64,000 bases of DNA, from contig JAPLYZ010000012.1 of assembly GCA_026395295.1 (NCBI GenBank), positions 65,299-129,298 on the forward strand. The letters run 5' to 3'. The position numbers and the translations under genes were made by a program. The notes beneath the pieces were generated by a model, which saw nothing but the letters and a program-made list of their open reading frames with translations, made no database searches and was not told where the DNA came from. This document shows, piece by piece, positions 32,717 through 43,700 of the stretch. Source of the DNA: Candidatus Staskawiczbacteria bacterium. Its GTDB lineage: Bacteria > Patescibacteriota > Minisyncoccia > Minisyncoccales > Staskawiczbacteraceae. Each line of letters begins with the position of its first letter. Position 1 is the first letter of the stretch.

Positions 32717-33142
32717 ATGAAAAGTTTAACGAGCAAGACCATCAATTTTTTTATTTGTTGGAATAATCTTCGCATAGTTCCTCCCAAATTATTTCCAACG
32801 ATTCAAGAAATTGAGAAAACCTCTGAAATTTTAGAAATTTTAGAAAAGGAGATACCTAATTTTGTTAAGTTAGTAATGGAGGGAGAAGAAATGAGAAAAG
32901 AATCACCAATATCTCCGGAAAAACAAGAGGATTGGAACAACCGCACGAAAATATTGGGCAATAAAGAGGGTGGAAAGATATTGACAGTTGAATTTGAGAA
33001 CGACCAGTTTAATACATTTTTCCAACAATTTGAAAGATGGGGCAAGGACTGGTTCAGCAACATAAAAGAATTTCTTGAATTCAGGAGGGATATGAATGCT
33101 ACCAATTCTCAATCAAAAGAAGTCGTTAAAAGTAAAAAATAA
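32717..33142 (+). CDS. Phage protein, paralogue B of 27860..28336
   Basis: Collinear similarity to 27860..28336 over the full length (see paralogue A). Confidence 0.6.
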   Translation: MKSLTSKTINFFICWNNLRIVPPKLFPTIQEIEKTSEILEILEKEIPNFVKLVMEGEEMRKESPISPEKQEDWNNRTKILGNKEGGKILTVEFENDQFNTFFQQFERWGKDWFSNIKEFLEFRRDMNATNSQSKEVVKSKK

Positions 33143-33144
33143 TT

Positions 33145-34563
33145 ATGCCAAAACCAATAAAGTTAATAGTCAAAACTATCGAAGGTCTTTTTAGCCATAA
33201 AACCTATATTGTTTCTACGGCACTGGCTGGCGTGGGAACTTTAACGGTAAAAGATATTGGCGGTTTTGCTATAAATCAAATTCTTTTAATTGGAGAATTG
33301 GGAGCGGAAAACTCGGAGATTATAAAAACTCACGCATCCACAGCTCCCACGGGGTCAACAGTAACACTGGCCGCAAACTTGGTTTATCCTCATCCAATTG
33401 ATACTCCGGTTACTGTGTTAATTTACGATCAGTTTGAAATCTCCCACTCGGCAACATCTGACGGGACCAAAACAACTTTAACCACGACTATTGGAAGTGG
33501 AATTGTTGCATTGCCGGCAGACGAAGTCCAGTTGAGGTATGACGACTCCCAATTCACTTCCGGATATTATTTTATAAGGTATAAAAACTCTATTCTAAGC
33601 ACGTTTTCAGCTTATTACGGCCCGATTCCTTATGTCGGGTATGCAGATAACACGGTTGGAAAAGTTATCGCAAAGGCAATGAAGAGGTGTCATATGGACG
33701 ACTACACGGACTATATTGATAACGAGTTCTGCCTTGATGAAATAAACGAATGTCTGCGATTTATTTCCGGTAAATTGAAGAAATGGGCGAAACTTCAAAA
33801 CTTTGATTATGTTTTAGGGCAGACCTCCCGGGGAGTTTACAAATATGCCCTGCCTGATGATATTGCAGAAAACGAAAACAACAAATCTATTTTTAATATT
33901 CATATTGGCAAGGACAAACCTTTGAAATTTAAGACGATAGGGGAATGGAATGAGAATGTATTGAGGGGAGTCAAGAGATCCGAGGTAAGAACACAGGCAG
34001 TTGCCGGACAAACAACATTGGAAATAAACAACTCATACGACTTCGCAGATACCTCTACAGTAAATATTTATGTGGCAGGTGAGATTTACACCATTTCATA
34101 CACTGGAGTCACTCGTAGTGCCACCGCAGGAGTTTTAACGGGCATACCAGCAAGCGGAGACGGTGCAATAACCGTCACAATCCCGGTTGATACCAATGTT
34201 TGGCAGGACGAGAATGAAACAAAGCCAAGATTCTATACAATTTTTGGCGGAGATCTATACATTGAACTTCCGCAAGATGTTTATTGTAATCAAAACATTT
34301 ATTTAGACTACGAAACAAAGCCGGATACGGTGAGTTCGGACGAAGATGCTTTAGACACATTCAGGTTCGATGCTGTCTTGCATTGGCTCATTTGGGTTAT
34401 AAACGCGCAACAGAAAAATAAAGGGAAAAGAGATATGACTGACGCTGATTATACGCAGTTTTTGCAAATTTTGTCGGATTATATCCGGAATGAATCATTG
34501 GCTCACGGGAGAAAAAATAAACCAAAAATGAACGGAATAACATTTAGAAGTTCAAGAAAATAA
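33145..34563 (+). CDS. Phage structural protein (neck/tail module)
   Basis: 472-aa ORF in the late operon. Confidence 0.5.
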   Translation: MPKPIKLIVKTIEGLFSHKTYIVSTALAGVGTLTVKDIGGFAINQILLIGELGAENSEIIKTHASTAPTGSTVTLAANLVYPHPIDTPVTVLIYDQFEISHSATSDGTKTTLTTTIGSGIVALPADEVQLRYDDSQFTSGYYFIRYKNSILSTFSAYYGPIPYVGYADNTVGKVIAKAMKRCHMDDYTDYIDNEFCLDEINECLRFISGKLKKWAKLQNFDYVLGQTSRGVYKYALPDDIAENENNKSIFNIHIGKDKPLKFKTIGEWNENVLRGVKRSEVRTQAVAGQTTLEINNSYDFADTSTVNIYVAGEIYTISYTGVTRSATAGVLTGIPASGDGAITVTIPVDTNVWQDENETKPRFYTIFGGDLYIELPQDVYCNQNIYLDYETKPDTVSSDEDALDTFRFDAVLHWLIWVINAQQKNKGKRDMTDADYTQFLQILSDYIRNESLAHGRKNKPKMNGITFRSSRK

Positions 34564-34564
34564 T

Positions 34565-36028
34565 ATGCCGGAAACATTAGCCACATCACAAGTTAGAGAT
34601 TTATCCAACGGGGTAATACAGGGAGTGGATGATAGACTTGCGCCAAAAAACAGCGTGTCTTTTGCTTTGAATTTAAGATTTGACAAGATACTTGGCCGGG
34701 CAGTGTTGAGAGAGGGGACGGCTATTGTAGGGGCGCAGATAACGGATGCAAAAAATATTCTCGGATTACATCAGTTCATTCTATCTTCCGGAACAAAACA
34801 TTTACTCTCTGTAATAGACGGAGCCAGTAATTCTGCTCTTTATAGGTTGATTACTGCAACTTGGACTTCAGAAAGTGTTAGCGGAGTTAAGACAGTAAAA
34901 CACAGATTTTTGACATATTTAGATACCTGTATGGTTTTGGATGGCACAAATGCAACATCTTCAGCTGACGGAGATACTTGGGTTACGACCGGTGGAAATC
35001 TTGATATAGGAAATTGCCCAAAAGGAAAATTCGCAGTTGTTTGGCACGATCAGGTATTCGTTGCCGGTGTCAGTTCTTACCTTGATAGATTGTTTTACTC
35101 CAGTACGCCAACCGCTGGCGCGATTGCTTGGACTGGTGATGAATCAGGGCATTTAGATATTGAACCATATCACGGACAAGGAGACATAACGGCTTTGTCT
35201 AAAGTCCCGAACTATCTTCTTATTTTCAAAGATAGAGCGTTAAAACGATGGGATGGAAGTTCAACCTTTCCCGATGATTTGTGCAATATAGGCACACCCT
35301 CGCACGAAAGTGTTGTACTTGGAAACAAAACAGTTCTTTATTTTTCAGCTTCTTACAAAGAAAGTTTGGGCATATACGAAACCGACGGGAATACCACAAG
35401 AAAAATATCAAGACCGATTCAAGATATTATAGAGGCGATTGATTCTGCAAATTATACCAGCATTGCAGGGTTTAGCAACGCGGAGATTGCTATGTGGTCT
35501 GTTGGAGATATGACATATGACGGAAAATCTTATTCCAATGTTGTAATTTTATACAATATCTCTTCGCAAAATTGGACTTGTCTTGGTTTTCCGACAAAAT
35601 TTACCGTATTTACTCCCTACATCGATTCCACAACTTTGAAAATAATCGCGGGAAACAATGACGGAGAGGTGATAGAACTATTTGTGGGAGTGAATGATAA
35701 TATCACTGGAAATTCTGATATTGGCATTCAATATGCGCTTCAATATCCTGTAATTGATTTTGGGGCTCGAGGGAATACGAAAGAGGTTTCCAGTGTTGTT
35801 CCTTATACAAAAAACGGAAAAGATACACAGGTACTTTGCAGAATTAACGAAAAAAACAATTTTAAGCCAGTGGGAGTGGTTGATGATGATTTTGAATCTG
35901 AAATGTCAAAGGTTTTAAAGGGTCACACCTTTGAGTTTAAATTAACCGGAGAAAAGAAAGGCGGGGGATTACAGATTATAGGACTTGATATTATTTATCC
36001 GGAAATGGAGGAAACAATAAAAAAATGA
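34565..36028 (+). CDS. Phage structural protein (tail module)
   Basis: 487-aa ORF, 1-nt gap upstream, 4-nt overlap downstream. Confidence 0.5.
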   Translation: MPETLATSQVRDLSNGVIQGVDDRLAPKNSVSFALNLRFDKILGRAVLREGTAIVGAQITDAKNILGLHQFILSSGTKHLLSVIDGASNSALYRLITATWTSESVSGVKTVKHRFLTYLDTCMVLDGTNATSSADGDTWVTTGGNLDIGNCPKGKFAVVWHDQVFVAGVSSYLDRLFYSSTPTAGAIAWTGDESGHLDIEPYHGQGDITALSKVPNYLLIFKDRALKRWDGSSTFPDDLCNIGTPSHESVVLGNKTVLYFSASYKESLGIYETDGNTTRKISRPIQDIIEAIDSANYTSIAGFSNAEIAMWSVGDMTYDGKSYSNVVILYNISSQNWTCLGFPTKFTVFTPYIDSTTLKIIAGNNDGEVIELFVGVNDNITGNSDIGIQYALQYPVIDFGARGNTKEVSSVVPYTKNGKDTQVLCRINEKNNFKPVGVVDDDFESEMSKVLKGHTFEFKLTGEKKGGGLQIIGLDIIYPEMEETIKK

Positions 36029-38067
36029 CAGACGACATATCAATTTTTGATTTGGGATTTGATAAATTTTTGGCAAAGAGTTCCCAGAACTCGGATAGTT
36101 TTCCGTTGCCCGCGTTCGTGCCAACTCTTCCCTCGAGTATTGCTTCCGGAGAAATAATTGGAAACTTAACCCTTGTTGATGGATTTATAAAAAGCGACAA
36201 CTATGTTCAAAATGCTTCCGGTTGGAAATTAAGCCCGGACGGAGGAGAGTTTAACTTCGCCGTTTCAGTTGATAGTTTGGATATTCCTGATGCCACTACG
36301 GCTAATTCTTTTCACGTTAATACGGCCGGAGATGTATGGTGGGGATGCAATAATGCAGATTTTAACGCAAATATAGAAAATGCGATAGCATATATTTTGA
36401 AAACTGGCATAACCAAATTTGCCACGAGTTTAAGCGGGGCAAGCATAGCGGCAAGCGGATCATCTTTTACTTTATCTGATGATTCGGCTTTCAATGCCGG
36501 TACGCTTCCCGCCGCAGAAGATTTTTATAACACTTTTACAATAGTTGGTTATAATATCACGGCTTCAGGAACTCCAACCCAACATTTAGCTTTTGACCAA
36601 ATTCAAACGAGGGGAAATACAGGTTATGCCTATAAAGATTACGGAGCAGGGCATTTTAACAGCAGTTTTACGCAATATTTGACGGTTTGCACAACACTTT
36701 TGGGAGCATCACGCACTTACGCTTACTGGGCATTGTCTAACTCTGTGGGGGATATGCACGATCATTCTGCCGGCGGACCGCTTCCGGGAATATTTTTATA
36801 CATTAGTGTCCAAAATTCTTATCCAACAATTAACGGAATAGAATATGGAGGAGGAGGAACTTTTTCCGAGGGGAATTATGATATGACACTTGGGACTCCC
36901 TATTATCTAACAATATATTTTAATTCGACAGTAGGCACTCACGGAACACTCTATACAAAAATCTATTCAGACTCAGCAAGGATTCATTTATTAGCAACAC
37001 GAACAATGGCGCTTGGAGCCACTATGTCCTATAGATATTTATATGCCTATTCTTCCTACAATGACGGAAACAACTCAAATCTTTCCAGTGGGTATATAGA
37101 CACATTGAGACTGGGAGTGGTTGAACCTTCTGTAACCGGAAACTCCGCGCAATTTTTATTGCCGGAAAGTTCGGATATGACAGAGAGATTTATTATAAAC
37201 CGGAGGAAAAGCAAGTTTTCAAATGATGATGGTGTATTGGAGATTTTTTCTGATAAAGCCCCGGCTGGGTCGGGTTTGGATTATATATTTATAGGAAGGC
37301 AAGGATACGGTGATAGTTCTACTTGGAATATATCTTGTGTGGATATTACAACAACAGCAAGATTTCAGTTGGTCCACAAAGATTCTATCGGTCCAGCATT
37401 TCAAGTTTTTAAAACCGCTGATAGTTCAAATGTAGGGGATGGTTTTGGGGGATTGGGAACCGCTGGCGCGATAAGAGAAATAATGGCCTATCAACCAAGC
37501 AATAGTTTTAATCCTTCAAATCGTCCCACGGATATATGGAATATATTAACTGATAATAGCGGGGGTGGAGGAATAGCTTTTGGATACTGGGATCGCGTCT
37601 CTCCTTTTTGGCTTCAAATGTGGATAGATGCCGCCGGAATTCATTTTGGAGATAATTTAGATTTTACATATGCTGGCACTATAACGGGAGGAAATTTTAC
37701 CGGCTGGCAAGCTGGAAGTGTTTTGTATAAATCAGCTGACACTTCACGAGATGTTAGTTTGTCCGCCTCTAATGTGAAATACAAAGACATATCAACAACT
37801 AAAAGTGGAACGATAAGAGTTGAATTTAATTTACTGTATGTCAACAGGACTATTACGGCGCAAATTTATAAGAATGGCGTTGCTTATGGAACAGTGAGGA
37901 CAGTTAGTTCCGGTAACCAAACATTTACGGAAGATTTGAGTTTTTCTGCCGGTGATTCAATACAATTATATGCTTATCCTTCATCTACGGGAACCGGAGG
38001 GTGTTATGTTAGATATTTTAGATTATATGTTGCGGGATATGAATCTGCAACGGTTGTATTAGATTAA
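36025..38067 (+). CDS. Putative tail fibre / receptor-binding protein
   Basis: 680 aa, Gly/Ser/Thr/Asn-rich, beta-sandwich-like C-terminus (GTIRVEFNLLYVNRTITAQIYKNGVAYG...YVRYFRLYV). Confidence 0.45.
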   Translation: MTDDISIFDLGFDKFLAKSSQNSDSFPLPAFVPTLPSSIASGEIIGNLTLVDGFIKSDNYVQNASGWKLSPDGGEFNFAVSVDSLDIPDATTANSFHVNTAGDVWWGCNNADFNANIENAIAYILKTGITKFATSLSGASIAASGSSFTLSDDSAFNAGTLPAAEDFYNTFTIVGYNITASGTPTQHLAFDQIQTRGNTGYAYKDYGAGHFNSSFTQYLTVCTTLLGASRTYAYWALSNSVGDMHDHSAGGPLPGIFLYISVQNSYPTINGIEYGGGGTFSEGNYDMTLGTPYYLTIYFNSTVGTHGTLYTKIYSDSARIHLLATRTMALGATMSYRYLYAYSSYNDGNNSNLSSGYIDTLRLGVVEPSVTGNSAQFLLPESSDMTERFIINRRKSKFSNDDGVLEIFSDKAPAGSGLDYIFIGRQGYGDSSTWNISCVDITTTARFQLVHKDSIGPAFQVFKTADSSNVGDGFGGLGTAGAIREIMAYQPSNSFNPSNRPTDIWNILTDNSGGGGIAFGYWDRVSPFWLQMWIDAAGIHFGDNLDFTYAGTITGGNFTGWQAGSVLYKSADTSRDVSLSASNVKYKDISTTKSGTIRVEFNLLYVNRTITAQIYKNGVAYGTVRTVSSGNQTFTEDLSFSAGDSIQLYAYPSSTGTGGCYVRYFRLYVAGYESATVVLD

Positions 38068-38113
38068 AATAAATAAAAAAGATTATGCCGCCAATACAAA
38101 TACCAACAGGAGT

Positions 38114-38446
38114 TTAAACGCCCATTGGGACAACAATCGATTGAGGATGATGTTGTATTTCATTTGGAATCGTTGTCCCATTGATTGGAGTTTCAGGAGG
38201 AGTAGGATTCACGATTTGCGCCTGATTAACAGTATCCTGTAACTGATTGAAATTGTTTTGCAGAGTTGCTTGCGAAGCCAAAATATCGTTAATCTGCTGT
38301 TGAAGTTGCGCAATTAATTGGGTGAGTAAAGCAATCAGCTCGGTTTTCACGGAATCAATATCAGAGGAATTGTCAGCTTTTACTACAACTGGAATGAAAA
38401 ATAAAGAACATAATAATAACAAAACGATGAGATATTTTTTAAACAT
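38114..38446 (-). CDS. Secreted or anchored coiled-coil protein on the opposite strand (moron)
   Basis: Signal/TM sequence MFKKYLIVLLLLCSLFFIPVVVKA, then Q/L heptads (LIALLTQLIAQLQQQINDILASQATLQNNFNQLQ). One of only two minus-strand genes in the prophage (with 58740..59156); the only one inside the late operon. Confidence 0.6.
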   Translation of the reverse strand: MFKKYLIVLLLLCSLFFIPVVVKADNSSDIDSVKTELIALLTQLIAQLQQQINDILASQATLQNNFNQLQDTVNQAQIVNPTPPETPINGTTIPNEIQHHPQSIVVPMGV

Positions 38447-38457
38447 ATGATTATAAA

Positions 38458-38528
38458 CGAAATCCCTATATCATTTTTGAAACTTTGGCAAGAAACAAAA
38501 AAAGAGTATAGGGATTTCGCCAAAGTTT
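38458..38528. promoter_or_regulatory. Two interleaved inverted repeats in the divergent intergenic region
   Basis: CGAAATCCCTATA (38458-38470) / TATAGGGATTTCG (38507-38519), 13 bp perfect. AAACTTTGGC (38480-38489) / GCCAAAGTTT (38519-38528), 10 bp perfect. Order is A-B-A'-B'. Confidence 0.45.
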
Positions 38529-38574
38529 TTTATCCAAATTAAGCATATAAAAATTAAGAAATAATGTCAATACT

Positions 38575-39816
38575 ATGGCACAATATCCAACAATAGCATT
38601 ACAACCGGGATCGACAAACACTGCGGCCGTCAAACAGTTGCAGGATTATTTAGTGTCCATTGGATTAATGACTCAGGCACAAGTGAATACCGGATACGGA
38701 ATTTATGGTCCACAAACGACTGCGGCAGTGTTATCATTGCAGAAATCTTTGGGAATTGATTATTCTTCCGGCCCGGGATATTGGGGGCCAAAAACTTTGA
38801 CGGCAGTTCAAGCCAAAGCACCTGCGCAGAATAACCAACAAAATCAAAACCAAAACAGCCCGGTTGCAGACCCAAAAACTCAAACCTATACTTATAACCA
38901 AACTTCTTACGCATACGGAACGGGTCCATATGCCTCTACATACCCAAAAAGTGCAACCCCAGCCAATAATAATCCACCGGCGAATAATAATCCTACTGTA
39001 ACGACTACACCCCCGGTAACTACAACTCCTCCTCAATCTTCAACTCCCTCTTCTACGGATTTATCTTGGCTTTATAACGATGCGAATTATAAGGCACTCC
39101 CATCAGATATGCAGAATTATCTTGTGCAATATTACGGGATTTTGAAATTGAATGATAAACAATCGCAACAAAAACTTTTAGACGCTTTAAGCACAGCTCA
39201 ATCTCAAGCAGACCCTTACTGGGCAGAGGTTTTGAATGTTGCCAAAGACCAACTGACAAGAAACATTTCCGGATATGAGGCTGATTTTGCCACACACGAG
39301 AAACAATTAACTGATAGCATTTCAAGAATACAAAGCGATTTAGCCACCAAGAACGCTGATATGAGCATTGACCAGCAGGCAGAATTGGCAAGACAATCAA
39401 CAAAATATAAAAATGATTTAAGTTCTTTAAGGACGAATGCGGCGAACACCGGATTGACTTTTTCAAGCAAGAGAAGTATTGCTGAAAGCCAGTTGGCTAC
39501 CAGCAACACCGACATTGTGGAAAGTACAAAAAGAGATTATATGCGACAGGCAAGAGATTTGCAAATAGCCGCAGATAGAGGACAGGCAGACGCAATCGCA
39601 AAACTGGCGGATTATAAGCGAATTTTGGGAGAAACAGAAATGAACGCAATCAGAAATACAGAAGCGCAAATTGGAACCGCAAATCTGCCAGCCTTGAATA
39701 CGACTACGGGAGCCAGCGGGGCAGGAAATATAAACGGAACAATAGTCGATCAAAAGACCAAAGATATATTCAACAGGGCAACAGCTCTGGCTTCTTTGGG
39801 AAATCCTTTTTCATAA
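38575..39816 (+). CDS. Peptidoglycan-binding-domain protein with Q/N/P-rich linker and coiled-coil C-terminus
   Basis: N-terminal PG_binding_1-like repeat (AAVKQLQDYLVSIG....YGIYGPQTTAAVLSLQKSLGI...GPKTL). Confidence 0.6.
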   Translation: MAQYPTIALQPGSTNTAAVKQLQDYLVSIGLMTQAQVNTGYGIYGPQTTAAVLSLQKSLGIDYSSGPGYWGPKTLTAVQAKAPAQNNQQNQNQNSPVADPKTQTYTYNQTSYAYGTGPYASTYPKSATPANNNPPANNNPTVTTTPPVTTTPPQSSTPSSTDLSWLYNDANYKALPSDMQNYLVQYYGILKLNDKQSQQKLLDALSTAQSQADPYWAEVLNVAKDQLTRNISGYEADFATHEKQLTDSISRIQSDLATKNADMSIDQQAELARQSTKYKNDLSSLRTNAANTGLTFSSKRSIAESQLATSNTDIVESTKRDYMRQARDLQIAADRGQADAIAKLADYKRILGETEMNAIRNTEAQIGTANLPALNTTTGASGAGNINGTIVDQKTKDIFNRATALASLGNPFS

Positions 39817-39833
39817 ATTAAAAAAATAAAACT

Positions 39834-40754
39834 ATGCCTATAATCACAATAAAACAAGGAGATAATTTGTCAAAATTAGCTTCTCAATACGGAGTAACCG
39901 TTGCTGATTTAATGAAAGCAAACCCGACGATAAGTAATCCTAATTTGATTTATGCAGGAAAGACGTTGAATATTCCCGGTGCCGAACCGACTTTGGATAA
40001 AACATTACCGGCCGGAGACCAGACCGGCGGAGTGAACGCGGGAACTGCTGTTGACAAAACATTGCCGGCTTCTGCTCCGGATAATTTAACCATATTCGGA
40101 AATCTTTTAAAGACCGTTTCTGAAAGAGCGGCAAACGAAGCCAACGCAAGCGGAATGTCTGTTACGGGAATTAATCCATCAGCAATAAGCGGAGGAACGC
40201 TTGCCGGAGTTGTGGACTTTATAAAGAACCAAAAAGGTGGCGGGATTCAAGATATTTATAAATCTACTGCCGACTTTTTAGATAATCAGCAAAAATCAGC
40301 TCAAGACCAATTAAAGACATTGGTTGATTCTGGAGCCATTGCAAACTTAACTGATAGTGCTTTGGCAAAATTGGCGACTGCGGCAGGAATGAGTTATGAC
40401 ACACTGGACGCTGTGAGAAAAGCAAAAGCAACGGACAATACAAAACCAGTCAGTTTTTCAGAGGTAACGAGGAATGGAAAGAAAATAAGACTGGGATTTG
40501 ATAAAAATGGTCAAGTTGTAAGTGAAACTGATTTGCACGCCGATGCCAGTTCGGGAGATGGAACAGGCTTTTCCGGATTATCTTCGGCGGACAAGAGCAA
40601 GGTTATCGGCTGGGCGGCCAATCAGGCTGGCTTCGCACAATCGGACATCAATAAAATGAATGAGGATTCGGGTTTTGCAGATTTTATTCTTTCAAAATAT
40701 TATCAGTCAGATGAGTATAAAACCGCTCAAAATATAACATCGGGCGGAGAATAA
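39834..40754 (+). CDS. LysM-domain protein
   Basis: [28 protein letters not shown]...[12 protein letters not shown] is a canonical LysM motif. Confidence 0.7.
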   Translation: MPIITIKQGDNLSKLASQYGVTVADLMKANPTISNPNLIYAGKTLNIPGAEPTLDKTLPAGDQTGGVNAGTAVDKTLPASAPDNLTIFGNLLKTVSERAANEANASGMSVTGINPSAISGGTLAGVVDFIKNQKGGGIQDIYKSTADFLDNQQKSAQDQLKTLVDSGAIANLTDSALAKLATAAGMSYDTLDAVRKAKATDNTKPVSFSEVTRNGKKIRLGFDKNGQVVSETDLHADASSGDGTGFSGLSSADKSKVIGWAANQAGFAQSDINKMNEDSGFADFILSKYYQSDEYKTAQNITSGGE

Positions 40755-40757
40755 ATT

Positions 40758-43700
40758 ATGTCATTATTTGATGATTATAAGAACAATCAAGGACTGGCGG
40801 TACCAGTTGAAACACCAACTCTGGTGGCAAAAACAGAGAACCCGTTTCAAAAAGCGTGGGATTTTGTAACTCAAAAAAAATTAGCACAGATTCCCGCACC
40901 AAAATCAACAGGGACTCTCTTTGACCAGTATCAAGCAGAAAAGAATGCTGTACCGATTGAAACTACACCCGGTAAGACGCCAATGTTGCAGGATTATTTC
41001 AATGCCAACAATATTGAACAAGTTGGCTGGGTTGATTTGGAGAGTAAGGGATTGATGACTCCGGACTTAGAAAAGTTAAAGAAGGCCGGATTTGCTCCTC
41101 CAGTTTCGGAAACTCCTGTAACCAAACCAACACCAGCACCTGTTTATAAAGGATTGACAACTGATCAGTCGCAGAAATTAAACGAAAATATAGACCTTGC
41201 AAAAAACCCTCCAAAAATAGACACTAGTCTTAAAATATCTGCTCCGGCAATAGGTGAGTGGGTTGATACTCCGTCTATGAGCTGGACACCGGAAGAAACA
41301 AAAAAAGCATTGGATAAAGCCTTTGTGCATCCCGACACGGGAAGTCCACGAGACCTGCAAATGAGACAGATAGCTTACGACACGATGAAGGCAAAGATAG
41401 ACCCTGTTTCTTCTTTATTTTTTGATAATTTTCTCCCGACAAAGGTTATTTTTGCATTAGACAGAGACGGAGCTTTGGTAAATGAAGCAAGGCAGAAAAT
41501 TAACGATGAGTTTTCAAACGCCCATCCTTTCCTTTCTATATTGCCGGTGGCAGTTGCTCAACTCGCCAACCTTGCTCTTATAGGAAAGTCAGGCGGGGGA
41601 TTTGGTTTGGCCGAAAAAACAACTGCAACAGCAGGCAGACTATCAAACTGGATGCCGAATGTAGTGAGGATGATCGGTTTGGGAGCTGAAAGCGGTAGCA
41701 TTTTTGGTATTGTATCAGGTATTTCAGAGGCATTAAATCAAGCCGAACAACAGAATTTTCAACCGAAGAAATTATTAACCGAAACATTAAAGGGAGTTGG
41801 CACAGGTTCAACATTGGGAATTGCCGGAGGTGCGCCTCAACTATGGCAGAGAGTTTTGGGAAGCGGTGGAACATTGGTTTCTTTGTCGGCTTTGCAAGGA
41901 TATATGCAGGACGGAAAAATAGATGCCAAAGACATTGCCAACATTACCATAAACGGCATATTGGGAGCAGGTTTTGAATTGATTGGAGGCAGGGCAAAAA
42001 CAAATATATTCTCAACAAAAGAACAAATAAGATTAGGGAGAGATGTAACCACAGCAAAGTTAATGGAAAACCCTGCCGGAACGGCACCCAAGACGTGGAC
42101 AGAGGCACAAGGCGAGTTGGTGGCGCTGGAACAGTTGCCAAAAATGATTTACGACTTGGGCCGGGAGGAAACGATTAAAGGAATGATTGCAAAGCACCCT
42201 GATATGACAGTTCAGCAAGCCAACAAAATGTATGACGATATAACCGCTCTGCCGCGCGCATTGGCTACCGGATACGGAGCAAAGATGGCTCCTTATTACC
42301 AGCAAATTCCAAAGGACTTTTACGGTGCAGACGTTCAAATCCAAAAAGATTATTTCACTACAGTAAGAAAGGGAGTAATGGAAGATGGTTTGACAATCCC
42401 TCAATCCATTGATGTTGCTAACCAAACTTTTACTCCCAAGATATTTTATTCACATCCGGAAGCGACAACGCCGGTGGACATTCACGCTGAAAATCAGGCA
42501 ACACAGGCAGAGGCAAATAAAATGTTGCAGGCAAAAACCGGCACTCCAATAGAGTTGACGGGTTGGAATACAAGCGTGGGAGGCAAAGACAGCGGGTTTC
42601 GAAGTCCGGACAGGTATGAATCGCAGGCATACTCGGCCAGCAAGATGCAGTTTTCCAACAAGGGAGAAGTCAATGTAAATAAAACAACGGACAAACTTAA
42701 CAATCCTTATGTCGCAAACGACCAGACAGAGGTTTTAAAGTTTTTGGGAAACACTGATTTGGTTAAGAGAACGGCAGAGGAACTTAAAAACACCAGTTCA
42801 CTTTCTCCAAATAAACCAATCGTTGTGGAAGCCGACAATTATATCCGCACTGAATTATTAAAACAAGGTTATGACGGAGTAATTTATAAAAACAACGGGA
42901 GACGACCGGAGTATCAGGTTTTCAATGTTAAAAAGCAGTTGGGTGTGGGAGAAACCAAAGCATTGATTGCTTCCGGAGACCAACAGGCAATTTCAGACGA
43001 GGTAAATAAGAGACTGGAAGATTTCAGACAGAAAGCTGATTTAATGGCAAGCAATGAGGGAGCCGGAGTGAGGCAATATAGTTCAGACCAGTCAGTTGGA
43101 GAAACCAAGATTTATAATTACTTCAAACTCGACCGGGCAAAGTCGGATATGTTTAAGCAGGCCAAGCAGTTGAAACAATACGCCCACGAATTGCTTTATG
43201 AGAATGATCCGTTGTATAAAGAATTATACGACAAAAAGGTATCATTGGAAGAAAGCAATTTGAACGCCGCAACAGACGAAATAGACGTTCAAAAGATGTT
43301 CGAGGACATCAGCAAAGAGGAAAAAATATTAACCAATAATTTAAACAAATATGAAACTTCCAAAGACACACCAACTTTTGCTCCGTCTGAGGGCGTTAAA
43401 GCAAAAGGCACTGGACAAACTCAACCAGCTCAAGAAAAACAAACCCCAACCAGTGAAGTAAAGTCACAGGTTCAGAAACCACAAGAGGGACAGAAGCTTC
43501 CAACCAGTGAAGTTATTACACCGGAAGCATTGTCGGCCATTGAAAGCAAGGTTACCGGTATTGTTGAAGAAATAAAAAAGGGCAGACCGACACCGGCCGA
43601 GATGTTAGAAAAAACTCCCAGCGATTACTCCGAAATATGGAGTAATGGTTTTGATTATTACAGAGAAAACATCTCAACTCCGGCAGAGAATGAAATAAAA

